Part shown: in pieces, positions 9,654 through 20,744 of the stretch
Layout: every line of letters starts with the position of its first letter
Numbering within the stretch: position 1 is the first letter of the stretch
Translations under genes and position numbers: made by a program
The notes under the pieces: generated by a model
The model's database searches: none
What the model was told of the DNA's origin: nothing
The model's input: the letters and a program-made list of their open reading frames with translations, nothing else
Source of the DNA: Antechinus flavipes
Taxonomy: Eukaryota
Assembly: GCF_016432865.1 (NCBI RefSeq)
Contig: NC_067399.1
Span: forward strand, 1,674,001-1,738,000
Reading direction: 5' to 3'
DNA length: 64,000 bases

Positions 9654-12600
9654 TCAGTAGTAGCGGTTCAGGCTGCGGGTGGCCGGGCCGGGGCCGTCGG
9701 GCTGCCCGTTCAGCCAGATCTCGCGGATGATGCGCTCCCTCTCCTCCAGCCGCTGAGCCCGCTCCAGCTCCTCGGCCGACGTGAACACGTTCCTGTGGGG
9801 CGGCCGCTCGAAGAGCCAGGGCCTGCGCACGGAGCCGGCCGAGGAGCAGCCGTCGCCGCTGTCCCCGCTGTCCCCGCTGTCCTCGCTGTCGCTGGCGCTG
9901 AGGTCGCCGCTGCCCCCGCGGCCCGCGCCCTTCTTCCCGCGCCGCGGCCGGCAGTCCGCGCGGCAGGACACGGTCAGCACCAAGGCGGCCAGCGTGAGCA
10001 GGAGCCCCACGCACACGCCGGACACGAAGCACAGGGCCGCGCGCTCAGGGTGCTCTGCAAGAGGAGGGGGCGTCAGAGGCTGGGTCCCGGCTCACCCGGG
10101 CAGCGCGGCGCGGGCAGCCTCCCCGCCCCCTCCCCATCCCCTCAGCCCGGAATTTCTTTATATTCCGAGAATATCGTCAGAGGCGGCTCCTAACCCACTG
10201 CGGAAGCCCCCAAGCCTGCGCGGGGAGCCCCTGTCTCTCACTGCAGGAGGGCCGCTGGCCCAGAAGCTCCTCAAGCAAAGGGGAAGCTTCCCGCCTCCCT
10301 GTGAGCCTCTTTATTCGCGTCCAGGTAGTTAAGGCTTGGGAAACCAGGGCCCGGACCCTGCTTGCTCAGAGACCCCGCTCTGGGCTGAGAGCAGCGACAG
10401 CCCGAGCCAGGAGAAAGCTGGGGGGGAGGGGGCTGCAGCGTGGGGGGCCTGGAAGGAGGCCCAGAGAAGGGGCACCAGGCAGTGGCCACCTCTCCCCTCT
10501 CCTCGGGCTCCTTTCTCTTTTGAGGAGGGAGCGATAAAAGGAGAAGAGACTAAGGGGGGGGGAATGGACCATTAGCAACTGTGATTATGAAAAGATTAGG
10601 AAAATTATGAGAATTTTGCAATGAGTTGCTCTGATGAAGGTCTCCTCTCAAATGTAGGAAACTGAGGGAAACGGATCCCCCAAGAACAGGAGCCGGTCCC
10701 TTCTTGCCTCTTCATAGAGGGGGGAACATGCAAGCAGGTGGCAGATTTATGGAAACCCACAGGGTAATCTTAGGGACAGCTGGGGGAGCTCCAAAGGGGC
10801 GCCTGCTCCCACGGCTAACGCACAAAGACTCCCTGAGCAGGGAGGGTTTCAGCCGGTTAGGGACATGAGGGAGTCTGGGGAGAGGCTCCATGAGCTGGGC
10901 TCAGATCCCAGGCTGGGTGGCCCTGGGCCAGGCCCCCAGTTTCTCTGTGTCCCAGGTAACCCCTGAAATGTGTGCAGCCCATGCCCATCTGCACCAGAAA
11001 GGGAGTAGTCAATAAGGCCCAAAGGAGCAAAGGAGCTTGCAAGGACCCAGAACAGGCCAGCATTTCCCCATTTACAGATGTGAGACTCAGAGCCAGGCTG
11101 TCCACAAAGGCTGGATCTGCCCCTGCAGGAGGGGTGGGCTGCCCTGGGGAGGCTGAGAAGCTGACCAAAGGGGCCCCTCCCTGGGAGGAAAGGCTGCACT
11201 GGGGCAGAGGGACTGAGCCAAGCTCCGGTTCCTTCCTCCCTGCCCAGGCAATCCACTCTCCTCTCAGAGCAGCTGCTGGGCCTTTAAGGGCCAGCAGCAG
11301 AGTCCACCACTCAGAAGGGAGGTGACCACAGGCTCCAACCAGTAGTCCTCCCCCTCAGGGGCTCCAACCAGTGATCCTCCCTCTCAGGGGCTGCAGCCAG
11401 TGGTCCTCCCCCTCAGGGGCTCCAACCAGTGGTCCTCCCTCTCAGGGGCTACAGCCAGTGGTCCTCCCCCTCAGGGGCTCCAACCAATGGTCCTCCCTCT
11501 CAGGGGCTGCAGCCAGTGGTCCTCCCCCTCAGGGGCTCCAACCAGTGGTCCTCCCCCTCAGGGGCTCCAACCAGTGGTCCTCCCCCTCAGGGGCTCCAAC
11601 CAGTGGTCCTCCCCCTCAGGGGCCCCAACCAGTGGTCCTCCCCCTCAGGGGCTGCAGCCGGTGGTCCTCCCCTTCAGGGGATGCAGCCAGTGGTCCTCCC
11701 CCTCAGGGGCTCCAACCAGTGGTCCTCCCCTCAGGGGCTCCAACCAGTGGTCCTCCCCCTCAGGGGCTCCAACCAGTGGTCCTCCCCCTCAGGGGATGCA
11801 GCCAGTGGTCCTCCCTCTCAGGGGCTGCAGCCAGTGGTCCTCCCCCTCAGGGGCCCCAACCAGTGGTCCTCCCCCTCAGGGGCTGCAGCCGGTGGTCCTC
11901 CCCCGCACCGGCCCTTCTTATCTTCCCCTGCCACGAAGGGATGCTTCCTCAGACTAGCCTCCGAAGCCCCTTCCAACTCATGGGCTCTGGCTCTCTTTGG
12001 GTCCCCCCAAACACCTCTTGGACAGCCGTTCAGAGGCTTGATGCTGTGGCAGGGAGCTGAGGGAAGCCTCTGGCCTGGCGCACCCGAGTGATGGCCGCCC
12101 GGAGCAGCTGAGAGCCTTTTCCCCTAGGACGGCCCTTGGGTGGCTGCAGCCCATAGGAGCTCCGGCCGATTACTTTGAGCACAACCCAACCCCCCCGGGC
12201 AGAGCCAAGGTACAGAGGAGGCCCACTGCTCCTGGCTCAATCTCTCCACTAGAGGGCTCTCCCCGCCGGCCATGCTGGGTCCCCCTGGAGCCAGGCTGAT
12301 GGGAGAAGGTCCAAGGTCCTTCTTAAGCCTTGGTGGCCAGAACCGCCTGTCCCCTCCTTCCCGAGCCCTGAGCCTCCCTGAATGCGCTGACCACTCGTGG
12401 ACTTACTAAAAGTGGCTTAAAAAAAAGAGAGAAAAAATAATGAGCAGAAGAGACAGGGCGGATGAAACGGTTTAACCCTGAACTCCTGGAAATCAAATGA
12501 CCAACGGGCCGGATGCCAAATGGCATGGTTTTGTCGAGATTCCCCAACTGTGAATCCGTTCCCACAGCGGGGACCCCAGAAAGGACCCGAGGCAGCAAAC

Positions 12601-14875
12601 CCCTGCTTTACTGGCCAGCCCGGAGGGAGACCTCGGTCAGACTGACTCATCTGAAGAATCCCGAAAAGGGACCTGGATTGTTGCCCTTCTCATCGCGCAG
12701 GCAAGAGGCAATCCTGGTTAGAGAAGGCTCAGCGAGACACTCAACTAAGCAAAGGCATCAGGAGCACACGGAAGCAAGAACTGGGGACGCAAACTAGAAG
12801 AAAATGGAAAAACTTGCAAAAATCATTGGATCAAACATTTCTCCATCAAAGATGGCAATCCACTCGGACCCTCAGAGGGTCAATGATGAGCTAGTCTGTC
12901 TGCCTATCAATCACCTGTCTGTCTGCCTGCCCGTCTGCCTGCCCATCTGCCTGCCTGTCTGTCTGCCCATCTAACTGCCCATCTGCCTGCCCATCTGCCT
13001 GCCTGCCCGTCTGTCTGCCTGTCTGCCTGCCCGTCTGTCTGCCTGCCCTCTGCCCATCTGCCCGTATGTCAGCACTGTGCAGACTGGAGGAGGAGGGTCC
13101 CAGAGGAGTCCAGCCAGTGCTTGTGACTGGGACCCCTCGTCTCCGCTCCGCTCCCATGGGAACCATGAGGCTGCAGGTCTTTTTCTTGCGACAGACCGTG
13201 CCCACGGCTAAGGTCGGGCTCTGCCATTTTCCTAGGAAACGTCCGTCACTAGGGCAGGCGACGCTGGGCTCTTTTCTTGCCCAAATAAAAATAAACACTT
13301 GGCTCTGGGGAGTTTCCTGCCATCCTGCTGGGAGGGGCGGCCCTTCGCCGAGCTGGGAGGGCAGCAGCCTGGCCCCGGCCCCAGACAGACTCTCAGACTG
13401 CCCAGGTGGGAAAGAAGGGGAAAGGGGCCGTGGCTGCTGCCCGGCCTCTGAGGGTGGGCAGAGGGGAGAACACCCGGGTTCCTTCCGTGGGACCCAGACT
13501 CGTCCGGGCCGGGCACACACGGGCCTCCTGGGAGGCCCTTCCTGGAGCCCAGGAGGAGGGCAGGGACCCGCTAGGCTGCCCATTTCTCACCGGGTCTCAG
13601 GGTGCCGGCTCGTCCCCCAGAATCACAGCCTTGCAGACATGCTGACCGAGGGTCCCTTGCCCAAGAAGTGGTCCCCAGATCCTGCCGGAAGCCCTCTGGG
13701 TGGGACCGCCTCCCGAGGCCGCCTCTCCGCACGGGCACAGCCCTGATGGGGAGTTTTTCCCCAACTTCTGTGTCTCTGTGAGTCTCCCCGTCCCTCCCAA
13801 GGGGGGCCCAGGGGCCAGGGGGACGAGGCTGAGCCCGCTTCCCGCCGCCGGCCCCCCCCGCTCCCCACCTGCCCGCCTCTCGGTTCGCTCTATGAAGCGC
13901 GCTTTGTTCCCTTTTGGGTTCAGGTCCCGGAGGCCGGGAGGGGCAAAGTCTGACACAAGACAAACAGAAGCAGCTGAGGGCACCTGAGGGACGGTCCAGA
14001 GGCCAGCCCGGAGGAGGCAGAGACCAGGCCTGGGGGCCGGGACTCCTCGCCCAGCCTCCTCCCGGCGCCTCCAGACACAGCCCAAGACAAAGTGTCTGGG
14101 ACCAAGCTCCATCAGTGAGCTCCGGAACCCGAGCGCCCACGGGCAGCTGCTGGCCCTGTGCCGCAGCCCTCCCCCTCGCCCCCCCGCTGCTGGGCACCTC
14201 TGAGGGGGCAGGGACACACGAAAACCTGAGGGGCCTTCTCCTGCCTCAGCCCCCCAGCCTCCGGCCCTGACCTCCTGTAGGGCCGGGTCCCAGGCACCAA
14301 AGTGCCCTCCCCTCAGGCCCCGGCCAGGGTAGAAGGTGCCTCAGTCCCCAGTCAGAGCGTTAGGGGCACTGGGGCAGAGCCCAAGGCCAGGTTGCAGGCT
14401 GGCATAGAAAGGGGCAGCCAAGTGTGAATCCTGCCCTGGTGAGACCTTGGCTCCCCTTGGCACCCTGAGCCAGGTCCTCCCAATGCCCCATCTGGCTTCC
14501 TCTCCAGCACCCTCTCCCCAGACTCCAAGGCGGCTCCCCCAGCACTCCGAGGCAGCTCCCCTGGCACCCCGAGCCGGCTCCCCCGGGCACCCTGAGCCAG
14601 CTTCCCCCGGGCACCCCGAGGCGGCTCCCCTGGCACCCTCCCCTGGTACCCCGAGCCGGCTCCCCCGGGCACCCTCTCTCTGACACCCTGAGCTGGCTCC
14701 CCGGGCCACCCTCCCCTGGCTCCCCGAGGCGGCTCCCCCGGGCACCCTGAGCCAGCTTCCCCCGGGCACCCCGGGATGCCATGACCGCTGGGCACCTACC
14801 GCTGACGAAGGAGTAAGCCGCCAGCAGATTGCTGAGGAAGGCCATCTGCCCGGCGCCCCGGACGCCGGGCTCCAT
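9654..14875 (-). CDS. EVA1A: EVA1A (FAM176A/TMEM166), single-pass membrane protein, about 158 aa; coding exons 14875-14800 and 10054-9654
   Basis: Spliced translation MEPGVRGAGQMAFLSNLLAAYSFVS|EHPERAALCFVSGVCVGLLLTLAALVLTVSC...NVFTSAEELERAQRLEERERIIREIWLNGQPD...TRSLNRYY* matches recalled EVA1A, including the RSLNRYY end. Donor GCG|GTAGGT at 14800, acceptor ctcctcttgcag at 10054, phase 1 consistent. In-frame ATGs at 14920, 14875 (best Kozak) and 14845, so the start is uncertain. Adjacent to MRPL19 and GCFC2 as in other vertebrates. Confidence 0.95.
11331..11905 (+). repeat. 29-bp minisatellite, about 20 copies (ggggctccaaccagtggtcctccccctca and ggggctgcagcc variant), in the EVA1A intron
   Basis: Period read directly. 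Confidence 0.95.
12893..13065 (+). repeat. Degenerate tetranucleotide microsatellite (GTCT/GCCT/CCAT)
   Basis: Read directly. Confidence 0.9.
14521..14775 (+). repeat. About 22-23-bp degenerate minisatellite (gagccggctcccccgggcaccct) abutting the EVA1A donor
   Basis: Read directly. Confidence 0.85.
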
Positions 14876-16065
14876 GCTGGGCTGTCGGCCGCTCACACCG
14901 GCCCTGGAAGTCTCGGGCATCCGCGGGCGCCCAACGCCCACTTCTCTGTTAGGAAAAACAAAGTCAAGGGTGAGCTCAGGGGGCGCCCCACTGGCTCCCC
15001 GTCTTCAGCAGTCTCAAGGTCATTGGGGGCTCGGGGACTGCCAGCCCCACTGGACAAATGGAGAGACTGAGGCCCAAGCAGGGGCCGGCAGCGCGAAGCT
15101 CCGGGGGCTCCGGAGGCTCCTCCCTGGGGTCTCCAGCCCCCCGTGGCTCCTGCACCCCCTTCTCCCCCTCTCTGCTGCTTCTGCCCTTTCTCCTTCCTGC
15201 CAACGGCACTAAGACACACCCACGGGCCGGCCCAGGAGGCCAACCTGTAACCGGAGACTAAATTCGCGCTGGACGACGCCTGGGGGCCGGGCTCTGCGGC
15301 CACTGCCCCGTCCAAGGGCCAGGCTGGGGGCGGCTGCAGCCCAGGCCCCCCTCCCCCACTCTGGTCTGCTGGCCCAGCTCCAGGGCCTGCCTGCCCTTCC
15401 CCCAGAGACTCGTCCCCCCAGTGGGGGCCCCAGCTTCCCAAGGACCCCGACCACACGGCAGCCTGAACTCTAGGTCACAGTCGGGGGCCGGGCTGGGGGC
15501 CGGGGGCCGCCACCTCCTGGCCCAAGTGCATTGGAAGGGCTCCCCACTGTGGTCAGCTGTTTGGGGGGGGTCTCATCTGGGAAGAGCATGGGGGGACCAT
15601 GGCGGGGGGTATGGGAGCGCAGGAGTGGGGGGTTCACACGACAAGCGCGCGCAGGGACCAGAGGCTCTGCCCTGGAGCTATCCCCCCACTGCCTCATGGG
15701 CATCTCCACCTGCACGGCCCCGGGCCAGGGGTCCCCGCTGCAGCCCCCCACCCTGGTCCTCCCCCGAGTGACTTCCCTCCACCTTCTCTCCGAGGGGCGC
15801 CCCCCCCCCCGACCTCCCCTCCCCGACCTCTCTCCACAGCTGCCCGGCAAAGGGCAGAACCAGCAAGGGGGCGCGGCCTGGCTGATGTCCGTCAGTCCGT
15901 CCATCAGGGGGGTGGCCGCCAAGCACTGGCCCCATCCCAGGCTCTCCGCCCTGCTGGGGGGGGGGGGCTCCAGCAGCGGGTTCTGCCCCCGGCCTGAGGT
16001 CCGGCCTCCCCTTGGCCTCCTGGGGCCCCCCCACCTGCTCTGAGGGACCCTGAGCACCCACGTAC

Positions 16066-18500
16066 CTTCGGCCCACGGTCTGCGGCTGGGCGGGGGTCCC
16101 GGGTCAGGGATGAGGAAGCAGCCAGAGACGTTTCTCCCCAGGGGATGGAGCGGGCCGAGCCATGGGGCCGCCCAGGAGCGAGGGGAGGTCAGGGGGAGCG
16201 AGCCCGTGCTGGCGCCTTGGATCTGGAAGGAAAGAGCGTGAGCTCGGTCAGGGGGTCCGGCAGGACGGGGGGAAGTGGGGTCTGCAGGCGGGGGGGGCCA
16301 GAGATGCCCCAGCCCTCTCGGGTCTCCCTCTCTGACCCCCCTTCTCTCTCCTGGCTCCTCATCACCCTCAGGCCCTCTAAGCCAAGCCGAGCAGCGGCCT
16401 GGGCTCTCTTGGGCGTCTCCCCAGCTTCCCGGGGCCCATCCTTTCCCGAGGAGTCAGCGACCATCTCTCTGCTGGCGATTCCTGCCTCGGTCTCGCTGCC
16501 TTCGGTCCCACATCTCCAGACGGACGTCCAGCAGACATCTGAACCTCAGCCTGCCCGCCGCAGAGCTCGGGAGCTCCCCCCAATCCTTCCAGCATCTGCC
16601 TCCCAGTCCCCCCGGTGAGGGGCAGCCCCCCATCTCACCTCCCGTCCTCATGGTGACAAGGCCGGGGCTCTCACCTCCCCCCCGTCTCTGCATCCCCCCC
16701 CCCCAGCGCAAACCCTCCTCTCCTCACCCTGGGCTACAGAAGCGGGCGAGGGGCCGCTTGCCTTCTTCCATCTGCCCCTCAACTACTGGTGTTTCCCTAA
16801 AGTGTGAGTCTTAGCCGGCACCACTCCCCCCACTCAATCTGCTCCAGGGGCTTCCTTGGGCCTGCAGGGTCTCGTCCCAAACGCTGCCCAGCATCCGGAG
16901 GCTCCGGCCCTCCACGGCCGCTGCCCTGCAGCTACCCCCCCCCCCCGCTGCCTCATGGGCATCTCCGCCTGCACAGGCCTCTTTCCAAAAGCCCCCGTTT
17001 CTGCCCCGAACGCCCCAGGTTCAGGACCCGAGCATCCACCGGGAGCCCCTTCTCCCTCACACTCGCCAAGCCTTGTCTCAGCTCTCCCAGCGCATCCCAT
17101 TCTCTCCAATGATGAGACCCCGACCTCATGACCCCGCACTGGACTCCATCAGAGCTTCCAACCCTGGTTGCCCACCGTGGGGCAGCAGCTCCTCAAGACC
17201 CCCCACACTCTGGCTCCCACCTTCCTGCTGGTCTCTCGGCCAGCACTGGGTCTCCATCCGCCCTCCCTCACACCTTTCAGACTCGGATTATCCTTCAAAG
17301 CCCGGCTCTGGGGGCCTCTGGGCCTGAGCCCTCCCCAGGTATTGCCAGCGGGGGAGGGGTCCTTAATCAGTGCTTCTGCCCTTCCCCTGTGGTCCAGGAA
17401 CCCACCGGCAGACCTGAGCAGGCCCCTAGTATCTCTCAGGCAAGAGCAGCGGGAAGGGATAGGGGAGGAGCAGACCTGATGGGACCGGGAAAGGGGCTCC
17501 TGGAGGAAGAGAAGGAAAAGGAGGAGGGGGAGAGCAGGAGAGCCGGTGGAAGAGGGAAAAGGGGAGGAGGGAGCAGGGAGGAGGGAGAAGGAAGAGGGGG
17601 AAGGGGGTGGAGCAGGGAGAAGGGGAGGAGGGAGCAGGGAGGAGGAGGAGAGCCGGCGGCCCCATTTCCGAAGCAGGGAGGGCCCAGGGACTGGGCCGGG
17701 CTTTCCAGGAGAGAACCTTTGCCAAGTACTGGGAGCCGCCGGGCGGGTCTCGGGAGGAGCGGCTGTCGAGGACCCGCCCGCGGGGCGGGAAACTGGAGGC
17801 AGTGGGAGGGCCGGAGAGGAAGCTCCGCCAGGAGGCGGGAGACGCGAGCCGGACAGGCGCTGGGCACCGGGAGGGCGGGCCTGCGGGAGGCGGGTCCGGG
17901 CGCCAGGGATGCCAGGGGTGGGCTGGGAGGAGGGGGCGGAAAGACCCGGCGAAGCAGGAGCGCGGGGGCCGGGCGGGCGGCCTGCGGGGACACGTCGGGC
18001 CGGCCCGGGCGGCCCGGGACAGGAGCCGCGGCTGCCCTGGGCACCCTGCCAAGAGCGTGTCGGGGCTGTGCCCACCCCTCCCCCAGTCCCAGCCCCCCAC
18101 CCCCGAGAAGACAGACTCGCAGACAGACGGGGACAGAAACTGAGTCTGGGACAGGGAGCTGCCCCTGCATGGGGGAGGGGAGGGGCGGGGGGAGTGAGGC
18201 GAGAAGCCCTCCCTTACCTGGCCGCCCGGGCCGCGGCGGGACTGCGGGACTGCCCCGGGCCCGGAATCTCCGGACTTTGGCGGGTCCGGGCTGGCGGCGG
18301 GGGCCTCGGGAGCCCGGCAGACGCGGGACAAAGCAGCTGAGGCGGCGGCGCCCGGGGTTCGCGGCCGTAGCCGAGTCGAGGAAGCAGGGCGAGAAGCCCC
18401 CCCAAGGTCTCCCTCAGCCGGGCCCTCCCGAGCTCGGTCTGCCCAGCCCGGCCGCCGCCTTCCCTTCTCCTTCCTCCCGGCCCGGGCTCCACCGGGCCCC
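16066..18500 (-). other. EVA1A: Predicted non-coding 5' UTR exons of EVA1A: exon 1 about 18500-18218, exon 2 16222-16066; the first coding exon begins at acceptor 14945
   Basis: Minus-strand donor CAG|GTAAGG at 18218 inside a CpG island. Acceptor ctctttccttccag at 16222 and donor AAG|GTACGT at 16066. Acceptor tttgtttttcctaacag at 14945. Based on splice signals only. Confidence 0.5.
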
Positions 18501-18950
18501 GCACACACCGGCGTCTGCAGGAGGAAAAGGTTGTCTCATTTCCTTCAACCTCCAGTCACCCGGCCCCCCCTCCCCGCCCCAAGCCTGCCCCCCACCCCCC
18601 GGAAAGATTCCCCAGTGGGAGGGGGAAGGGAGGGGAGCCGCCCCCCGGAAGACTGGGACCGCCCGCCCGACATGAAGTTCAAGCTCACCGAGCAAAGGAG
18701 GCGGGAGGAAGAGGAAACCCGAGAGAGGAGGGCGGGGGAGCGGAGAGGGACCAGACTGTGCCCCAGAGACTAAGAGGTTGGGGCGCCGGAGGCGGCTCCC
18801 TCGCCCCCTCTCGTTCGGCTTGGCTGGGACCGCGGGGCGCGCGGGGAGGGCCGGACTCGGACAAGGGGAGAACGGACCCGGGCGCCCCCCCCCCCCAGGC
18901 TAAGGAGGCAGCTGACCCTCAGCAGCGGCGACGGGGGCTCCGGAGAGTGG
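17600..18950 (-). promoter_or_regulatory. CpG island, probable EVA1A promoter
   Basis: CpG-dense with GC boxes, and contains the strong minus-strand donor at 18218. Confidence 0.7.
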
Positions 18951-19164
18951 GGGGGGGGGGGTCTCGTTCCTGGCCCGGGCTGGGAGGGCCTGGACCCGGG
19001 GAGAGCGAGACGCGGACGGGACGGCCGGCACCACAGACACCCCCCGGGGTAGGGCCGCAGGTCCCGGCCCCGGCCCAGCCCCAAGTTCTCGGCACCATCG
19101 TTTCCAAATTAGGCTTGGAGAGGCTTCCGCCGGCACCCCTCGCGGGGAAGGAAGGAAGGAGACA

Positions 19165-19705
19165 GCAGAGGGAGGGAGGGCCCGGGGCGGCTTCCCGAGC
19201 AAGGGGGTCCCGACAGAGGGAGGGAGGGCCCGGGGAGGCTTCCCGAGAAAAGGGGGTCCCGGCAGAGGGAGGGAGGGCCCGGGGCGGCTTCCCGAGAAAA
19301 GGGGGTCCCGGCAGAGGGAGGGAGGGTCCGGGGAGGCTTCCCGAGAAAAGGGGGTCCCGGCAGAGGGAGGGAGGGCCCGGGGCGGCTTCCCGAGAAAAGG
19401 GGGTCCCGCAGAGGGAGGGAGGGCCCGGGGCGGCTTCCCGAGAAAAGGGGGTCCCGGCAGAGGGAGGGAGGGTCCGGGGAGGCTTCCCGAGAAAAGGGGG
19501 TCCCGGCAGAGGGAGGGAGGGCCCGGGGCGGCTTCCCGAGAAAAGGGGGTCCCGGCAGAGGGAGGGAGGGCCCGGGGCGGCTTCCCGAGAAAAGGGGGTC
19601 CCGGCAGAGGGAGGGAGGGCCCGGGGCGGCTTCCCGAGAAAAGGGGGTCCCGGCAGAGGGAGGGAGGGCCCGGGGAGGCTTCCCGAGAAAAGGGGGTCCC
19701 GGGTT
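19165..19705 (+). repeat. 49-bp G-rich minisatellite, about 11 copies
   Basis: Unit ggcagagggagggagggcccggggcggcttcccgagaaaagggggtccc; units start at 19261 and 19310. Confidence 0.95.
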
Positions 19706-20744
19706 CTCAACGGCAGGCTCTTCAGCCTTCAATCCCCGGACCAGCCAAGTCTCACTCGGAGCTATTCCCCTGGCAGCCAACCCACCCAGGGCAGCGTTAC
19801 ATCTCCAGCTTCCAGACCTTTGTCCCAGGCTCCCCGCGCGCCTGGAAATTTACCTTTGCATCTCTGACTGTCTCCTTCAAGGCTCCTCAGCGCCGCCTCC
19901 ACGAAGCCCGCAGGGATTCAAGGAGCAGCTAGCTCCACTGCCTCCCCAAACTGACCCCATGATTTCTGTTTCCTTTGGGGGACCCTCTGGGGCAGGAACT
20001 GTCTCATGTGTGCGCCCACACAGCGGGGCACCCGGGTTGTAATACAGGTCCCAGGGCCCCAGCGATCTACCCCCAGGCCTTTCGGGTGGAGCGGGATAAG
20101 TGTTTGTTCATAAATAAGTAACGGGCGCTGGTAATGGGAACAGAACAAGAGGCGCCATAATGAAAAGACGTTCGCCCTCGCCTCCTGACCCGGCGCTGTC
20201 AGAGACCCTAGGGGCTGATGAAGCCCCTCTCGGCCCCAAGCAGCCAAGCAGGACTGGCTGGCCTCCTCCCCTCCCCCAATGCACCTTGCCTGCCTGATGG
20301 GGTTGGGGAGATCGGTGATCCAGGCGGAGGGATCTCTGCCCCCGGCTTGGGGGGGGGGGTAGCAGCTGCCCTGGGCCCCGAGCTCCAGCCGCACTCTCCT
20401 CCTAGAGCCCTTCTCAGCCTCTGACTCGGGCCCTTTTCCCGTTTAGACTAAGCCGTCCTCCCCCAAGAGCCTCCTCAGCCTTCCTTACTCCCGCTCCTCT
20501 GCCCTCCAAGCCCCTCAGGCTCCCTCCCCCTTTAAGGGCCTCCACTTGTCCCGGATGGTTCCTCAGCGAGGAAAGATCCCCAAGCCGACCTCCTGTTCCT
20601 CCCCGTCCCCCCTTTCTGCCTTGTAGCATTTTGTTACTTGGTTTTTGTCCTGAACCTTCTGGACGGAGCCGCCTCCCTTGGCTTCCATTGCTCTGCTGGT
20701 TTGACTCTCCCACCTTTCTGACCACTTTCTGCCACTGCTCTCTC

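Noticed and set aside
10630-10670. Box C (TGATGA) and box D (CTGA) suggesting a snoRNA
   Set aside because: Only about 35 nt apart, antisense to the host gene, and overlapping a MIR core remnant.
11371-12091. Three overlapping repeat ORFs (SSPSGAPTSGPPPQG)
   Set aside because: A 29-bp unit cycles through all three frames; intronic repeat.
17128-18675. 515-aa plus-strand ORF and overlapping 300-360-aa minus-strand ORFs
   Set aside because: G/A/R/P-rich, open on both strands, and lies over the EVA1A CpG island; typical stop-poor GC artefact.
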